Assembly: GCA_025336685.1 (NCBI GenBank)
Contig: GCA_025336685.1_4717.1
Origin: Escherichia coli
GTDB taxonomy: Bacteria > Pseudomonadota > Gammaproteobacteria > Enterobacterales > Enterobacteriaceae
Strand: one strand, 5' to 3'
DNA length: 64,000 nucleotides
The notes beneath the pieces are model-generated. The model saw nothing but the letters and a program-made list of their open reading frames with translations, was not told where the DNA came from and did no database searches. Positions 28,568 to 37,634 of the stretch are shown here, one piece after another; within the stretch, counting starts at the first letter, position 1, and the number at the start of each line of letters is the position of its first letter. Position numbers and translations under genes: made by a program.

Positions 28568-29175
28568 TTAACGACAGCTTCCTCCCTCGGTGTTTTCGAG
28601 GGAGGTATTTGCCGTTTGAACACTTTCAGCACGTTCGCAAAATCAGCAGCAATAATACAGGCCGAGGCTGATAGCTTATTGCTGAAAATGAGATCGTCCG
28701 GTAAACAATCGAACTGAATACCATATTGCGTCTTTGTCTCGTCAACGATCAGTGACGGTGTCGATCCTGTCTTCGCAATATCGGTGATGTACAAACGTAA
28801 AAATAATTCACCGTCTTCGCTATCAATAAAACGATAAGCGTTACCGGAAAACGCAGCATACGGCGTAACGATAAATTGAACACGATCGTCGGTCGGGTGG
28901 ATTTGTAACCAACGTTCGACATCGTTATTGCTCACATTCTGCATACGTAACACCGTGAATGCGAACAGTGTATCGTGATGCTTGGAATAATGCAGCACAT
29001 ACGCCGCATCTTTCTTTCTGTGAATCCCTTCAATATATTCTATTGTCGTGTAGCCTGATTTATATAGCTTTACTTGCGGTTTATCACTCATCATAACAGC
29101 CCTTCCCGTTTCATCGCAGCGCGCATACTTGCGTAAAGCGCATTCTTCATCGCACCTGGACGCAACGGATAACAA
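28558..29175 (-). CDS. hypothetical protein (boundaries uncertain)
   Basis: ORF whose 3' end overlaps the plus-strand terminator hairpin and whose 5' end overlaps 29091-29390; the real gene is probably shorter. Confidence 0.35.
   Translation of the reverse strand: MLSVASRCDEECALRKYARCDETGRAVMMSDKPQVKLYKSGYTTIEYIEGIHRKKDAAYVLHYSKHHDTLFAFTVLRMQNVSNNDVERWLQIHPTDDRVQFIVTPYAAFSGNAYRFIDSEDGELFLRLYITDIAKTGSTPSLIVDETKTQYGIQFDCLPDDLIFSNKLSASACIIAADFANVLKVFKRQIPPSKTPREEAVVNQK
28581..28605 (+). terminator. rho-independent-like terminator CCTCCCTCG-loop-GAGGGAGG then TATTTGCCGTTTG
   Basis: Hairpin plus T-rich tail 14 nt after the 27725-28567 stop. Confidence 0.55.
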
Positions 29176-29390
29176 ATCTCATATCGACGTCCTTGTTTTA
29201 CAGCAATTTTCCTTCCGTTCAAAAACAGCGTACCATTATCCAGCAACAACTCACCTTGTAGTACCATGAGTCCTGCTTTAACATGCCGTCCTTCTTCTTT
29301 AGTTAAGACCTTATAGCCGTGTTTATCCAATAACCACAATTCGTAGATACCATGCGCAGCCTTCGGCATTACTTTCTTCTTCGTCGTCAT
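29091..29390 (-). CDS. hypothetical protein (99 aa)
   Basis: ORF. Confidence 0.4.
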   Translation of the reverse strand: MTTKKKVMPKAAHGIYELWLLDKHGYKVLTKEEGRHVKAGLMVLQGELLLDNGTLFLNGRKIAVKQGRRYEICYPLRPGAMKNALYASMRAAMKREGLL

Positions 29391-29402
29391 GGAAGATCCT
29401 CC

Positions 29403-29777
29403 TTAAACTCCTTGTCGGACCATCACCAACCGGAGCATGTTGTATTCCAATGTAGCGCTTTCTAATTCGAATTCATATCGATACCAGAAATTCGGCTCTA
29501 GTTGACCTACAACACATTTACGAACGTCTGTCTGCACCTTCCTCGACAATCCCTGTAATAGTTGCGTTATCTCTGGCCTGAAGTAATACGCCAAACCTAA
29601 CTGGTCAGAGTAAAACAGGCCACAATCAAAGATGGCCTGTAAAATAACATATTCAACCATCAGGTGCCGTGCATGGGGCTCAGGGAATGGCGAACGTAAA
29701 GCAAGATCTAACACATCGACGATTGGGCCGACATAAATGGCGGCACGGTACTCACGAATAACACTGATGTTATCCAT
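29403..29777 (-). CDS. hypothetical protein (124 aa)
   Basis: ORF. Confidence 0.45.
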   Translation of the reverse strand: MDNISVIREYRAAIYVGPIVDVLDLALRSPFPEPHARHLMVEYVILQAIFDCGLFYSDQLGLAYYFRPEITQLLQGLSRKVQTDVRKCVVGQLEPNFWYRYEFELESATLEYNMLRLVMVRQGV

Positions 29778-29790
29778 GGTAGCCTATTCA

Positions 29791-30615
29791 TTAACTATCG
29801 CTTTCTGATGTATCAACGTAGTTGAAAATACGATCCCGTAAACACTCATAACGAGGCAACGCACTAAGAATGATCATCTTCAACTGCATCGCGATCGATA
29901 CGCGTTCTTCATCCGATGCATCGTCTCCCCATTTACCCGGCTTAACCTGAATAGGTTCACGCGGATCCTGCGGAAATATGAAACTTAACAACAGATAATC
30001 CGTACGGAACTCCCACACTTCTCGGCCGTCGTTATCGGTTTCTTTACGCAACGTGAAGAGTTGACGTTCGGTGGTTGGATCCAGCATCAGCGGTCGACCA
30101 CGAACGATCTCCAGTTTACGTGGACTGACGAACGTCGTACGTTCAGGAAGGTATTTTTCAACATCATCCGTATCCAACAAGAACAAAATGATGTCGTCGA
30201 AATACTTCGGTGCGTACGTGTGTATCGGTTCGCCATCGCTATACGAAGAGATCTCTTGGAGTATTGGCGTCTTAGACGAAAAGTTCTGGCATGAACCACG
30301 AGTGATCGGTAAGGTGTTCCATTGATGTTCCGTAGACAATTCGACAGGCACCAACGGATAATCATCGATGAAGACCGCGCACGTTGTGCTAATGGGTATT
30401 CTTCCATCATTGTTCGGTTCAAAAACCAGACGTATCTTACCGGTAATTAACGCCATCTCATCTGGCATTAAGTGGCTCGCTGACCGGGCAAGTCTGAAAC
30501 CGCTCGCCTGTTTATAAGGTTCGGGTTTATAGCCACGGACAATAAGAGAGACATCCGCAAGTTCAACGCTCACGAACGCATCTTTGATGTCTTCATTGTT
30601 CGTCGTTAACGTCAT
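29791..30615 (-). CDS. hypothetical protein (274 aa)
   Basis: ORF; a TTTATTACG motif lies about 39 nt upstream on the minus strand. Confidence 0.5.
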   Translation of the reverse strand: MTLTTNNEDIKDAFVSVELADVSLIVRGYKPEPYKQASGFRLARSASHLMPDEMALITGKIRLVFEPNNDGRIPISTTCAVFIDDYPLVPVELSTEHQWNTLPITRGSCQNFSSKTPILQEISSYSDGEPIHTYAPKYFDDIILFLLDTDDVEKYLPERTTFVSPRKLEIVRGRPLMLDPTTERQLFTLRKETDNDGREVWEFRTDYLLLSFIFPQDPREPIQVKPGKWGDDASDEERVSIAMQLKMIILSALPRYECLRDRIFNYVDTSESDS

Positions 30616-31630
30616 TGTTCATTTTCTCCATTGCTACAAATCGTTCAAGTTCACGTAATAAACGCTCTTTTAAAGCAGGATCAACTTCCGGAGCATGTTT
30701 ATCACGATACCATTCGGTCCCGTTGTATTGCAGGCTAACATGCCATGTTCCTAACGGGCTTTCCTCTGCAGCGGCGATGAAATTCTTAACGCCGGTTTTG
30801 GTAGGATACTCCATGATAGGAACAGCCTGCTTCGGATCCATTACGGTAAGATCCTGGAAGTTATAATCCAGGAGTGTTAACGCGCGTTTGTCGCGTAACA
30901 GTAATCCGCAATCCAAGATAGTGAAATCAATACCCCAGAAACGTAACTTACCTCCAACCCCAACAGGGGTATGGCCACGATAAACCGCGAGATAAATCTC
31001 ACCTTTATCGGTTTCTTTGTTGTATCCTGCAATGAAAGCAGCCGTAATTAATGGCTGGTGTCCTTTCGCTAAGAAGACAGGGTGGTTATGATACAACCAG
31101 TCACTACGAATCAGATCGGTAACCTGACCTAAACGTGCTGTTGGTACCATCACCGATCCCAGAGTTTCATCAACAGGAACCTGGTAATATTCAAACAGAA
31201 CACCATCGATTTCTTCGGTAGCGTAAGGCGTACGTGTGGGATCGTTAAGAAGTTTACGGAGTTTTGTGTCGATTTCGTTAACACGGCTACCCTGTTCTTT
31301 CTCGCGGCTACCGATAACAAAAGCAACAAGATTACGTACGCTAACAAAAACATCATCTTTCTCGGTGTCGCTGAGATCAGCCTCATCCGGCATCGTTGTC
31401 CAATGTAACGGACCTTCAACGACCTTAAGCCATCTATCTTCACGTCCCGGATAAATAAAAGGCTTATGTACAGGAACACTGGTATGCTGAACCCGTAATA
31501 ACAGATTACATAACGATGGCAATGTTTTCTCCAGAGGAGGAACAATACCTGATGTAACGGAAATAACGTAACGATTAAGAACAAGAGAAGCTGAATAGGT
31601 GATGTTATCTAATCCTGGTAATTGATCCAT
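30593..31630 (-). CDS. hypothetical protein (345 aa)
   Basis: ORF preceded by a 300-bp AT-rich intergenic region. Confidence 0.5.
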   Translation of the reverse strand: MDQLPGLDNITYSASLVLNRYVISVTSGIVPPLEKTLPSLCNLLLRVQHTSVPVHKPFIYPGREDRWLKVVEGPLHWTTMPDEADLSDTEKDDVFVSVRNLVAFVIGSREKEQGSRVNEIDTKLRKLLNDPTRTPYATEEIDGVLFEYYQVPVDETLGSVMVPTARLGQVTDLIRSDWLYHNHPVFLAKGHQPLITAAFIAGYNKETDKGEIYLAVYRGHTPVGVGGKLRFWGIDFTILDCGLLLRDKRALTLLDYNFQDLTVMDPKQAVPIMEYPTKTGVKNFIAAAEESPLGTWHVSLQYNGTEWYRDKHAPEVDPALKERLLRELERFVAMEKMNNDVNDEQ

Positions 31631-31885
31631 GATAAGAATCCTTAGTATGTTTGATATGTTGTTTAATTGACATATTAAGTTTAAAAGAGGTTATGTTTTA
31701 CGTATTGTTAATAACGTATTCTTATTTCTATTAGGTTATGTTCTATCTAAAGATAGTAAACAGATATAATGCTCCCCACCTCCCCATTCTCCCAAGTAAT
31801 ACTGGCCTACCGGCCCTCTCCTTTTTAAGGGAGAGAGTAAGCATTCAGTATTGCTCAAATGAATAAGCAAAACAGTATAAACTTA

Positions 31886-31909
31886 CCGTCTCGGGATAAC
31901 TCGAGACGG
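31886..31909 (-). terminator. hairpin CCGTCTCG-loop-CGAGACGG with T-rich tail on the minus strand
   Basis: 8-bp inverted repeat downstream of the 31935-32288 stop. Confidence 0.4.
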
Positions 31910-31934
31910 CGTAGTATCTGTTTATCTCTTTATG

Positions 31935-32288
31935 CTAACAACCTATTTCTGCATAAACCTTTAACGATTCGAATACATCTCCCTTCTTTATCATCGTCTT
32001 GTATAAACGTGATTGAGCAATGATCTTTATCCATTGTTGCGGATCGTGTAAATTCACATTTTCAAAACGGGGTGGGGTATTATCTCCGTCGAGTCGGATA
32101 TACCCTAAGAGCAATCCCTCATGGTGTCCTCGACGTATTTCGATATGTGGTTTGAGGAAGGTATGATTGTCTGGTGGATACCAGCTTACGGTGTAATAAT
32201 GGTTTCCTGAAACAACGATTTCGTGAACGGTTTTTGTTTCATCGTCAATAATCGCGTTTACGCAGGGAATCATTAATTTTTGAAGCAT
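31935..32288 (-). CDS. hypothetical protein (117 aa)
   Basis: ORF. Confidence 0.45.
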   Translation of the reverse strand: MLQKLMIPCVNAIIDDETKTVHEIVVSGNHYYTVSWYPPDNHTFLKPHIEIRRGHHEGLLLGYIRLDGDNTPPRFENVNLHDPQQWIKIIAQSRLYKTMIKKGDVFESLKVYAEIGC

Positions 32289-32872
32289 GGGACATAAACC
32301 TCCATCAACATCGCATAAAGCGCACCAAGCCCATGCAGGACTCGGTCAGGTGCAAAGGTTGGTGTGTAACATACTTGTTCGGTTGGTGCTTGTTGACGTA
32401 AGTCTAACGGGTCTCCGTTGATAAGCATCTGCAGGAGATCAACATCATCTTGCAATGTATCCTCATCGATGTATGCATCAACAAAAAGCAATCGGTGTAA
32501 CTGTTCCGGTTTAATTGAGATACCTACAACCATGCAGTTGTTGTAGGTGGCGTTGTCCAGAAAGAAGTGAATGACACCCGCTTGTGGATCGCCGTTGTAA
32601 TGCAGCCATCGCGTAAAGCCAGCCGACATCATCCACAGCGGATTGTGTTGTAGCGCACTGACGACGCGGGTCTCGAATTCCAAACCGAACTTCTGGAAGA
32701 TTGCGCCCATCTGGAAACGATCTTCATCGAGACGGTAACGGAATATACAAGCATCCGATCCCGTTGAGTTGTCGTACACCGAAAGATACCCACGATGGAT
32801 TTCCACGGTAACATTGTTGTCGTCAAGCGTGGCGCTCGCAACACCGTTAGAAAAGGTTGGAACAAAGCTCAT
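32273..32872 (-). CDS. hypothetical protein (199 aa)
   Basis: ORF. Confidence 0.5.
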   Translation of the reverse strand: MSFVPTFSNGVASATLDDNNVTVEIHRGYLSVYDNSTGSDACIFRYRLDEDRFQMGAIFQKFGLEFETRVVSALQHNPLWMMSAGFTRWLHYNGDPQAGVIHFFLDNATYNNCMVVGISIKPEQLHRLLFVDAYIDEDTLQDDVDLLQMLINGDPLDLRQQAPTEQVCYTPTFAPDRVLHGLGALYAMLMEVYVPCFKN

Positions 32873-33420
32873 CTTGTAATCCTTAATTTACCTGAATGAA
32901 TTATCGTTGATGGGTCTACGACGCGACCGTATTTCGCATTGCGTAATACACGATGCCCGAAGAAGTCCGCGGTTTCCAAAACAACCGTGTAACAACCCAG
33001 CTGATGTTGGTGTCCCCAAAACCGTTCAATGGGGATCCAGCATGGCGTCATGCCTTTGTGTCGCCAATCCGTAACACAGCCGAATTCAGCAAACTGTTCA
33101 GTAAACCACTCGTCAATATCGGTATCCGTAAAGAGAAACACGTGGTTTTTAACCAGATAAGCGAACCCTGGATAAAAAAGCTGAGGGTCATCCGGGTCAC
33201 GAAGGTAAACACGAAGTTTGTCTAGCGTACCCTCGATAACGATCGTATCGGGTAATCCCGGCGGTGTGAACCGAAGTTGGAAGTTATCCTCGTTTGCCGA
33301 GGCGTTAACCAAATACCCCAATTGAAGGGGTCGATGCAATTCGAAAAGGTTAAACGTTAATGCATATTCGATATACTCTAATCCTATATTCATGTCTGAC
33401 CTATGTGGTATGGACGGCAT
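32869..33420 (-). CDS. hypothetical protein (183 aa)
   Basis: ORF; 4-nt start/stop overlap with the downstream gene. Confidence 0.5.
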   Translation of the reverse strand: MPSIPHRSDMNIGLEYIEYALTFNLFELHRPLQLGYLVNASANEDNFQLRFTPPGLPDTIVIEGTLDKLRVYLRDPDDPQLFYPGFAYLVKNHVFLFTDTDIDEWFTEQFAEFGCVTDWRHKGMTPCWIPIERFWGHQHQLGCYTVVLETADFFGHRVLRNAKYGRVVDPSTIIHSGKLRITR

Positions 33421-33525
33421 TGCATTGCCTTCCGCGAGTGTAATCAGGAAGGTAATGTAGGTTTATTTTAATCTCCATTTCGCGATGATATGACAGTCTT
33501 TATTACGTTTACCATCTGAGGGAGC

Positions 33526-34770
33526 ATGCTCATGTCTTCTATTTTACAGGTGTTTAATGCGCATGCGGAAGGCATTGACATCGACGAGTATTTTGTTAAT
33601 CAGGTTATCCGTTACGCGACACGCTTCCGCACGCAAGACCAAGAACACATGCGTTTTTTCGGTGGGGTTCTGTTAGGTGTGCAGAAAATCCGATTCACAA
33701 CAAGACATAACGATATGTGGTTTTCCGACGTCTTGATGATGGATGAAGAAAGCTTACGACGCGATTTGAGTAAACTGCCCTTTTACAATACGCAGACCAA
33801 CCGTGTTGCCTCAAACGCATTTAACCTAAGTTGCTGTTGGTTGCTTTATGCGATTTTCCATAGCAAACAAATCAAAAAAGAAAAGGTTCGTGAGGCCGGG
33901 ATGCTTGCTGCAATGCAAGTCCTTCATTATAAATTCATTTGCGGTCTGGTAGCACGACGTTATCCTTATAACGCTGATCCGGCTATCGCTATTAAGGCGT
34001 ACGATGAGTTAACGCTCAAATCAGGTATCAAACGCATGAATAGCTGGAATGAGTACATTGACGAACGCTGTAATGCCATCATTGCGCGTAATAGCACACA
34101 TTTCAGTCGCTGGTCAACCCTGGAACCAGATAGTGTCGCCGAACGTTTTGTACGTGATGTGAATACCGGAATCCGTAAAGTTATCAACCGTATCACCGAT
34201 ACGTACTACGCGATGTACGAAGAAGGTAAGAAGATAGGCACGTCCTCTCAAACCGTAGAATTAGACGATGGTCTTGCTGTTCGCGATATTAAACGCAATG
34301 AAACCACTTACCGTCAATATCTGTTCGAAATCGCTTATGACCGGACAAGTTTCGTTAAACGCGAACTCATGGTCGTCATCCTCGACGTGCATCATACTAC
34401 CAATCTCCTATCCCTTGAGCGAGCGTTAAGCTATATCAGCGCTAACGTAGAGCGGCCAACAAAAGACGGAAAGCAGGTCTCTCAGATGTTGAGGCTTGTA
34501 ATGGAACATGCTATCGAGTATATCATCTTGAATAAGGTTGATATGCGCGATCTTACGTTCTTATTCTACATGCGTAACGTGTATACGTCTAACCGCACTA
34601 GCAACCCGAAACTGTTAGAGCTGCGTAAACTCGGCTCTGAAGTCATTAAGAAAGCAACCAACGCGAGAAACGACGCTGAAGCTGCAGCGACACGCACAGG
34701 TGTCTTTCTGTATATCCTGCTTCGGGTGTTTAGCCGCAACTATTACGTTCGTCGCGCGATGTCTCGCTAA
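33526..34770 (+). CDS. hypothetical protein (414 aa)
   Basis: Plus-strand ORF with GAGGGAG RBS; terminator hairpin about 140 nt downstream. Confidence 0.5.
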   Translation: MLMSSILQVFNAHAEGIDIDEYFVNQVIRYATRFRTQDQEHMRFFGGVLLGVQKIRFTTRHNDMWFSDVLMMDEESLRRDLSKLPFYNTQTNRVASNAFNLSCCWLLYAIFHSKQIKKEKVREAGMLAAMQVLHYKFICGLVARRYPYNADPAIAIKAYDELTLKSGIKRMNSWNEYIDERCNAIIARNSTHFSRWSTLEPDSVAERFVRDVNTGIRKVINRITDTYYAMYEEGKKIGTSSQTVELDDGLAVRDIKRNETTYRQYLFEIAYDRTSFVKRELMVVILDVHHTTNLLSLERALSYISANVERPTKDGKQVSQMLRLVMEHAIEYIILNKVDMRDLTFLFYMRNVYTSNRTSNPKLLELRKLGSEVIKKATNARNDAEAAATRTGVFLYILLRVFSRNYYVRRAMSR

Positions 34771-34911
34771 CAATGTAACAGTAAAACTTTACTGATGTTG
34801 GTTATTATTTGAAGCATAGGGCTTCACCCAGGAGTACCATCCCTGTAAGTCGTTTGTCCTCTCCTGGTTAACTGTCGTTCTCTCACAGTGCTCGACAGAC
34901 CAAAAATGCTC

Positions 34912-34940
34912 AAGCCTCATAGCCTCCTCTGGGAATGGAA
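34912..34940. terminator. hairpin CCTCCTCTGGG-loop-CCCAGAGGAGG followed by a T-rich tract (between convergent genes)
   Basis: 11-bp inverted repeat; the listed ORF 34789-35055 overlapping it is probably spurious. Confidence 0.55.
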
Positions 34941-34963
34941 CCCAGAGGAGGACTATGTTTGCT

Positions 34964-35284
34964 TTAAAATTCAATGCGACCCTTAGTTGTAAACAATACA
35001 CCTCTTTGCCAACAGAAAAGATCCTCCGATTGAGCGCAAACACGAATACCCGCATCGAATAGATGTTTTGTTCTGGCGCTTAAACAATCTGGATCTTCTA
35101 CATACAACAGAAGACGTTGGCATTTATTTTGAATGCGTTCGACAAGGATGTTCTTATCGCTTAAAATAAAATGCGCGTTATCTGTTAAGTTGTCGTCGGT
35201 TTCCAGCTGCCCGACAAGTTTGATTAAAATACGTAATTGCTCAAGTGTGTCATGATCAAATGAATCGCCCATGGCGTACCTCAA
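34964..35284 (-). CDS. hypothetical protein (106 aa)
   Basis: ORF downstream of the terminase gene. Confidence 0.4.
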   Translation of the reverse strand: MRYAMGDSFDHDTLEQLRILIKLVGQLETDDNLTDNAHFILSDKNILVERIQNKCQRLLLYVEDPDCLSARTKHLFDAGIRVCAQSEDLFCWQRGVLFTTKGRIEF

Positions 35285-35331
35285 CGTTATACGTCGTTAG
35301 TATTATAATACGTTATAGTCTCCCTGCCGGT

Positions 35332-37584
35332 TTAACGGGGAGTCTGCGGACTACTCTTAGAAACCTCCGGTCGGTATTGGCCCATCGTCATCCACGCGTT
35401 ACGAGAAATATTCCGTTCGTTCGAAGAGCGACTTATTTGACGATACGTATTCGCTCGTTCCTCCCTTGCTTTCGTAATCATCGCGTCGATAGAGACAGAC
35501 GCTGAATCCTCCCCGCGTATTTTTCCTTTATAGGTAAGAAGCTCCGCCTCCAACCGATCCAAGATAAGGCCATTGGTTTCGGTCTTAAGCAGCTCATAGA
35601 TTTCAGCAACGCGTTGACGTAGCTTCGCCTGCTGTTGGTTAAGATAAGCTTCATACGGATCTATTTCACCCGTCACAGATGCCGGTAAACGACTCATGAC
35701 TTTAAGCGGATCGATACCGTAATGAATCTGTTTCTTAGCACGCTTGATGAACCACATCGCTAACATCCATGCGAACGTCATGTCATCGTGCATTCCATCC
35801 TGGTGGTCGACACGCCCATCTTTGATAACCAATCCGAGAATCTCGGAACACAGCATCTTATCGCGTAACTGCCCGCGGGTTTCTACGATACCTTCCATCA
35901 AGATGTCGGAGTACAACTCCATGCGTTTGCGTGCATCCGTCGTGAAGCCCAAGTGTCGTTTACGCTGAGCGTACCAACTTTCATCACGCATGCTCAACGG
36001 CAGTTTCAGGTCTTCGAACATTGCTGGATTATCAGCATGTCTGTCCACAATCGTGTTGTATACACGTTTGAATACGTCGATGCCTGCTTGCCGCAAGAAC
36101 TCTTCAATTGCGTCTAACAACATGATTGCACTGCTCTTACGTTCGGGAATCAACGTAACGTTCTTATAGCGCATCATGAAGTTGGCCATCCAACGAGCAA
36201 AAGAAAGCAGACTCAGTTTATTAAAACGTCCTGTCGCAACAACTTCTGCTGTTTCCACATCCACCATCACCAAACCGATCGCGTCACGACCTATCGCGTC
36301 ACTGGTATCTAAACCAGCAACCACCTTGTTGTTCTGCATGTATGTCTCGATTTGACCTCGAGGTATATACCAGTTAATGCAGTAGCCTTCAGGTGAGATC
36401 TCGATATGGTCGATTTCACGTTGTCCTGCCATGATCATCTCAACCATCTCAGCGGTTAACGGGCTTTCTGCTGAACCGTTGGTCCAAATGTTCATGTAGT
36501 CACGGTCTTTCTGAAGCTTATCACCTTCCGTTTCGTTCATGGTTTTTGCTAACCATTCGTCACTGAATCCTAATTGAGCATGGTTCCATTGTGCCCCGAT
36601 CCTGACGGTCGCCTTGCTAAGTTCACACGGTACGTTGTTCAATACCGTCTGATGCAGATGCTTTTCGTTACGGCAGTCAAAGAAACTTTCAGAAAACGGT
36701 GCGGAACGCATGAAAACTTCATAAGCCCATTTACCCTCGCGTTTATCCAATTCACCTGCTGTTGTCGTATAGATGATACTTGTCAGGTCGCCGTTGCTTA
36801 ATGCTTCATCGCGTGCTGCACCCATCGCACCGATACCGGCAGGGACAATGATTTCGATGTATTTCGTAAACGCGGTTTCGTCGCTATGGAATATCGGGGT
36901 TGTTAGACCACGACCGATGTTTGTTGCTTGTTTCTTATCCGAACGTGGAATCTTTACCGATAACTTGTTCTTGAAACGTGTGTAGGTTACGTTCTCTTTG
37001 TTCGATGAATCACGGCTATCCAGCGTCCAGAGATACGCAGGCAGTAGATCACGTATACTACGCACGTCTTCTACTGTTTTCGTACGGGCATCACCGTCTT
37101 TTGTTAACTGAATAACCTCGGTGTTTCGACTACGAACATAGGTTAGATAGCAGAACAATCCTAACATGGTCATGGATTTACCCGTCTGACGTATCTGTAT
37201 CTGATACCAGTTCGTTCGGGTAAATATCCCCCAAAGCATCGGAATGTTACCGCGGTTAGCACGGAACGAGATCTTGTTATCACCCGCCTTAGCCGGAACC
37301 CGCATCACTTCACGGAAGAAGTACCATGGGTTAAGGTAACACTCCGCACTGATCATCTGAATCTGTTCTGACGTCAAATTCGGTGCGTGGGGATCAACAC
37401 CGATTAATCTTGGGTTTAATAGCGCCATGAAAAACGCAGAGTTTCGGACACCGAATTCACGACGATACAAGATCGCTAAATCACGCCAACTTGTGTTTGT
37501 TGTTTCCCAGTGTGGAACAGCTTGAGGAAAATAATCCCAATCTTCCTCAAACAAGATGATTTTCTTCGGATCGACAATCGACAT
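35332..37584 (-). CDS. terL: terminase large subunit (ATPase plus nuclease)
   Basis: Walker A-like QIRQTGKSMTM; C-terminal RNaseH-like nuclease motifs VVAGLDTSDAIGRD...GLVMVD and HQDGMHDDMTFAWMLA; size 750 aa. Confidence 0.8.
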   Translation of the reverse strand: MSIVDPKKIILFEEDWDYFPQAVPHWETTNTSWRDLAILYRREFGVRNSAFFMALLNPRLIGVDPHAPNLTSEQIQMISAECYLNPWYFFREVMRVPAKAGDNKISFRANRGNIPMLWGIFTRTNWYQIQIRQTGKSMTMLGLFCYLTYVRSRNTEVIQLTKDGDARTKTVEDVRSIRDLLPAYLWTLDSRDSSNKENVTYTRFKNKLSVKIPRSDKKQATNIGRGLTTPIFHSDETAFTKYIEIIVPAGIGAMGAARDEALSNGDLTSIIYTTTAGELDKREGKWAYEVFMRSAPFSESFFDCRNEKHLHQTVLNNVPCELSKATVRIGAQWNHAQLGFSDEWLAKTMNETEGDKLQKDRDYMNIWTNGSAESPLTAEMVEMIMAGQREIDHIEISPEGYCINWYIPRGQIETYMQNNKVVAGLDTSDAIGRDAIGLVMVDVETAEVVATGRFNKLSLLSFARWMANFMMRYKNVTLIPERKSSAIMLLDAIEEFLRQAGIDVFKRVYNTIVDRHADNPAMFEDLKLPLSMRDESWYAQRKRHLGFTTDARKRMELYSDILMEGIVETRGQLRDKMLCSEILGLVIKDGRVDHQDGMHDDMTFAWMLAMWFIKRAKKQIHYGIDPLKVMSRLPASVTGEIDPYEAYLNQQQAKLRQRVAEIYELLKTETNGLILDRLEAELLTYKGKIRGEDSASVSIDAMITKAREERANTYRQISRSSNERNISRNAWMTMGQYRPEVSKSSPQTPR

Positions 37585-37596
37585 ATAAACTCCTCC

Positions 37597-37623
37597 GATG
37601 GAGGGTGCCGAGCACCCTCCATC
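37597..37623. terminator. hairpin GATGGAGGGTG-CCGAG-CACCCTCCATC
   Basis: 11-bp perfect stem between the 37635-39374 stop and the terminase start; overlaps the terminase RBS region. Confidence 0.5.
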
Positions 37624-37634
37624 GTTGTATTACC

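Noticed and set aside
34789-35055. 88-aa minus-strand ORF
   Set aside because: Overlaps the terminator hairpin at 34912-34940 and the convergent gene end; likely non-coding.
35290-35320. Palindromic AT-rich element GTATTATAATAC between terminase-downstream genes
   Set aside because: Resembles a -10-like element but is a single instance that does not match the TATATTAC consensus; insufficient evidence to call a promoter.
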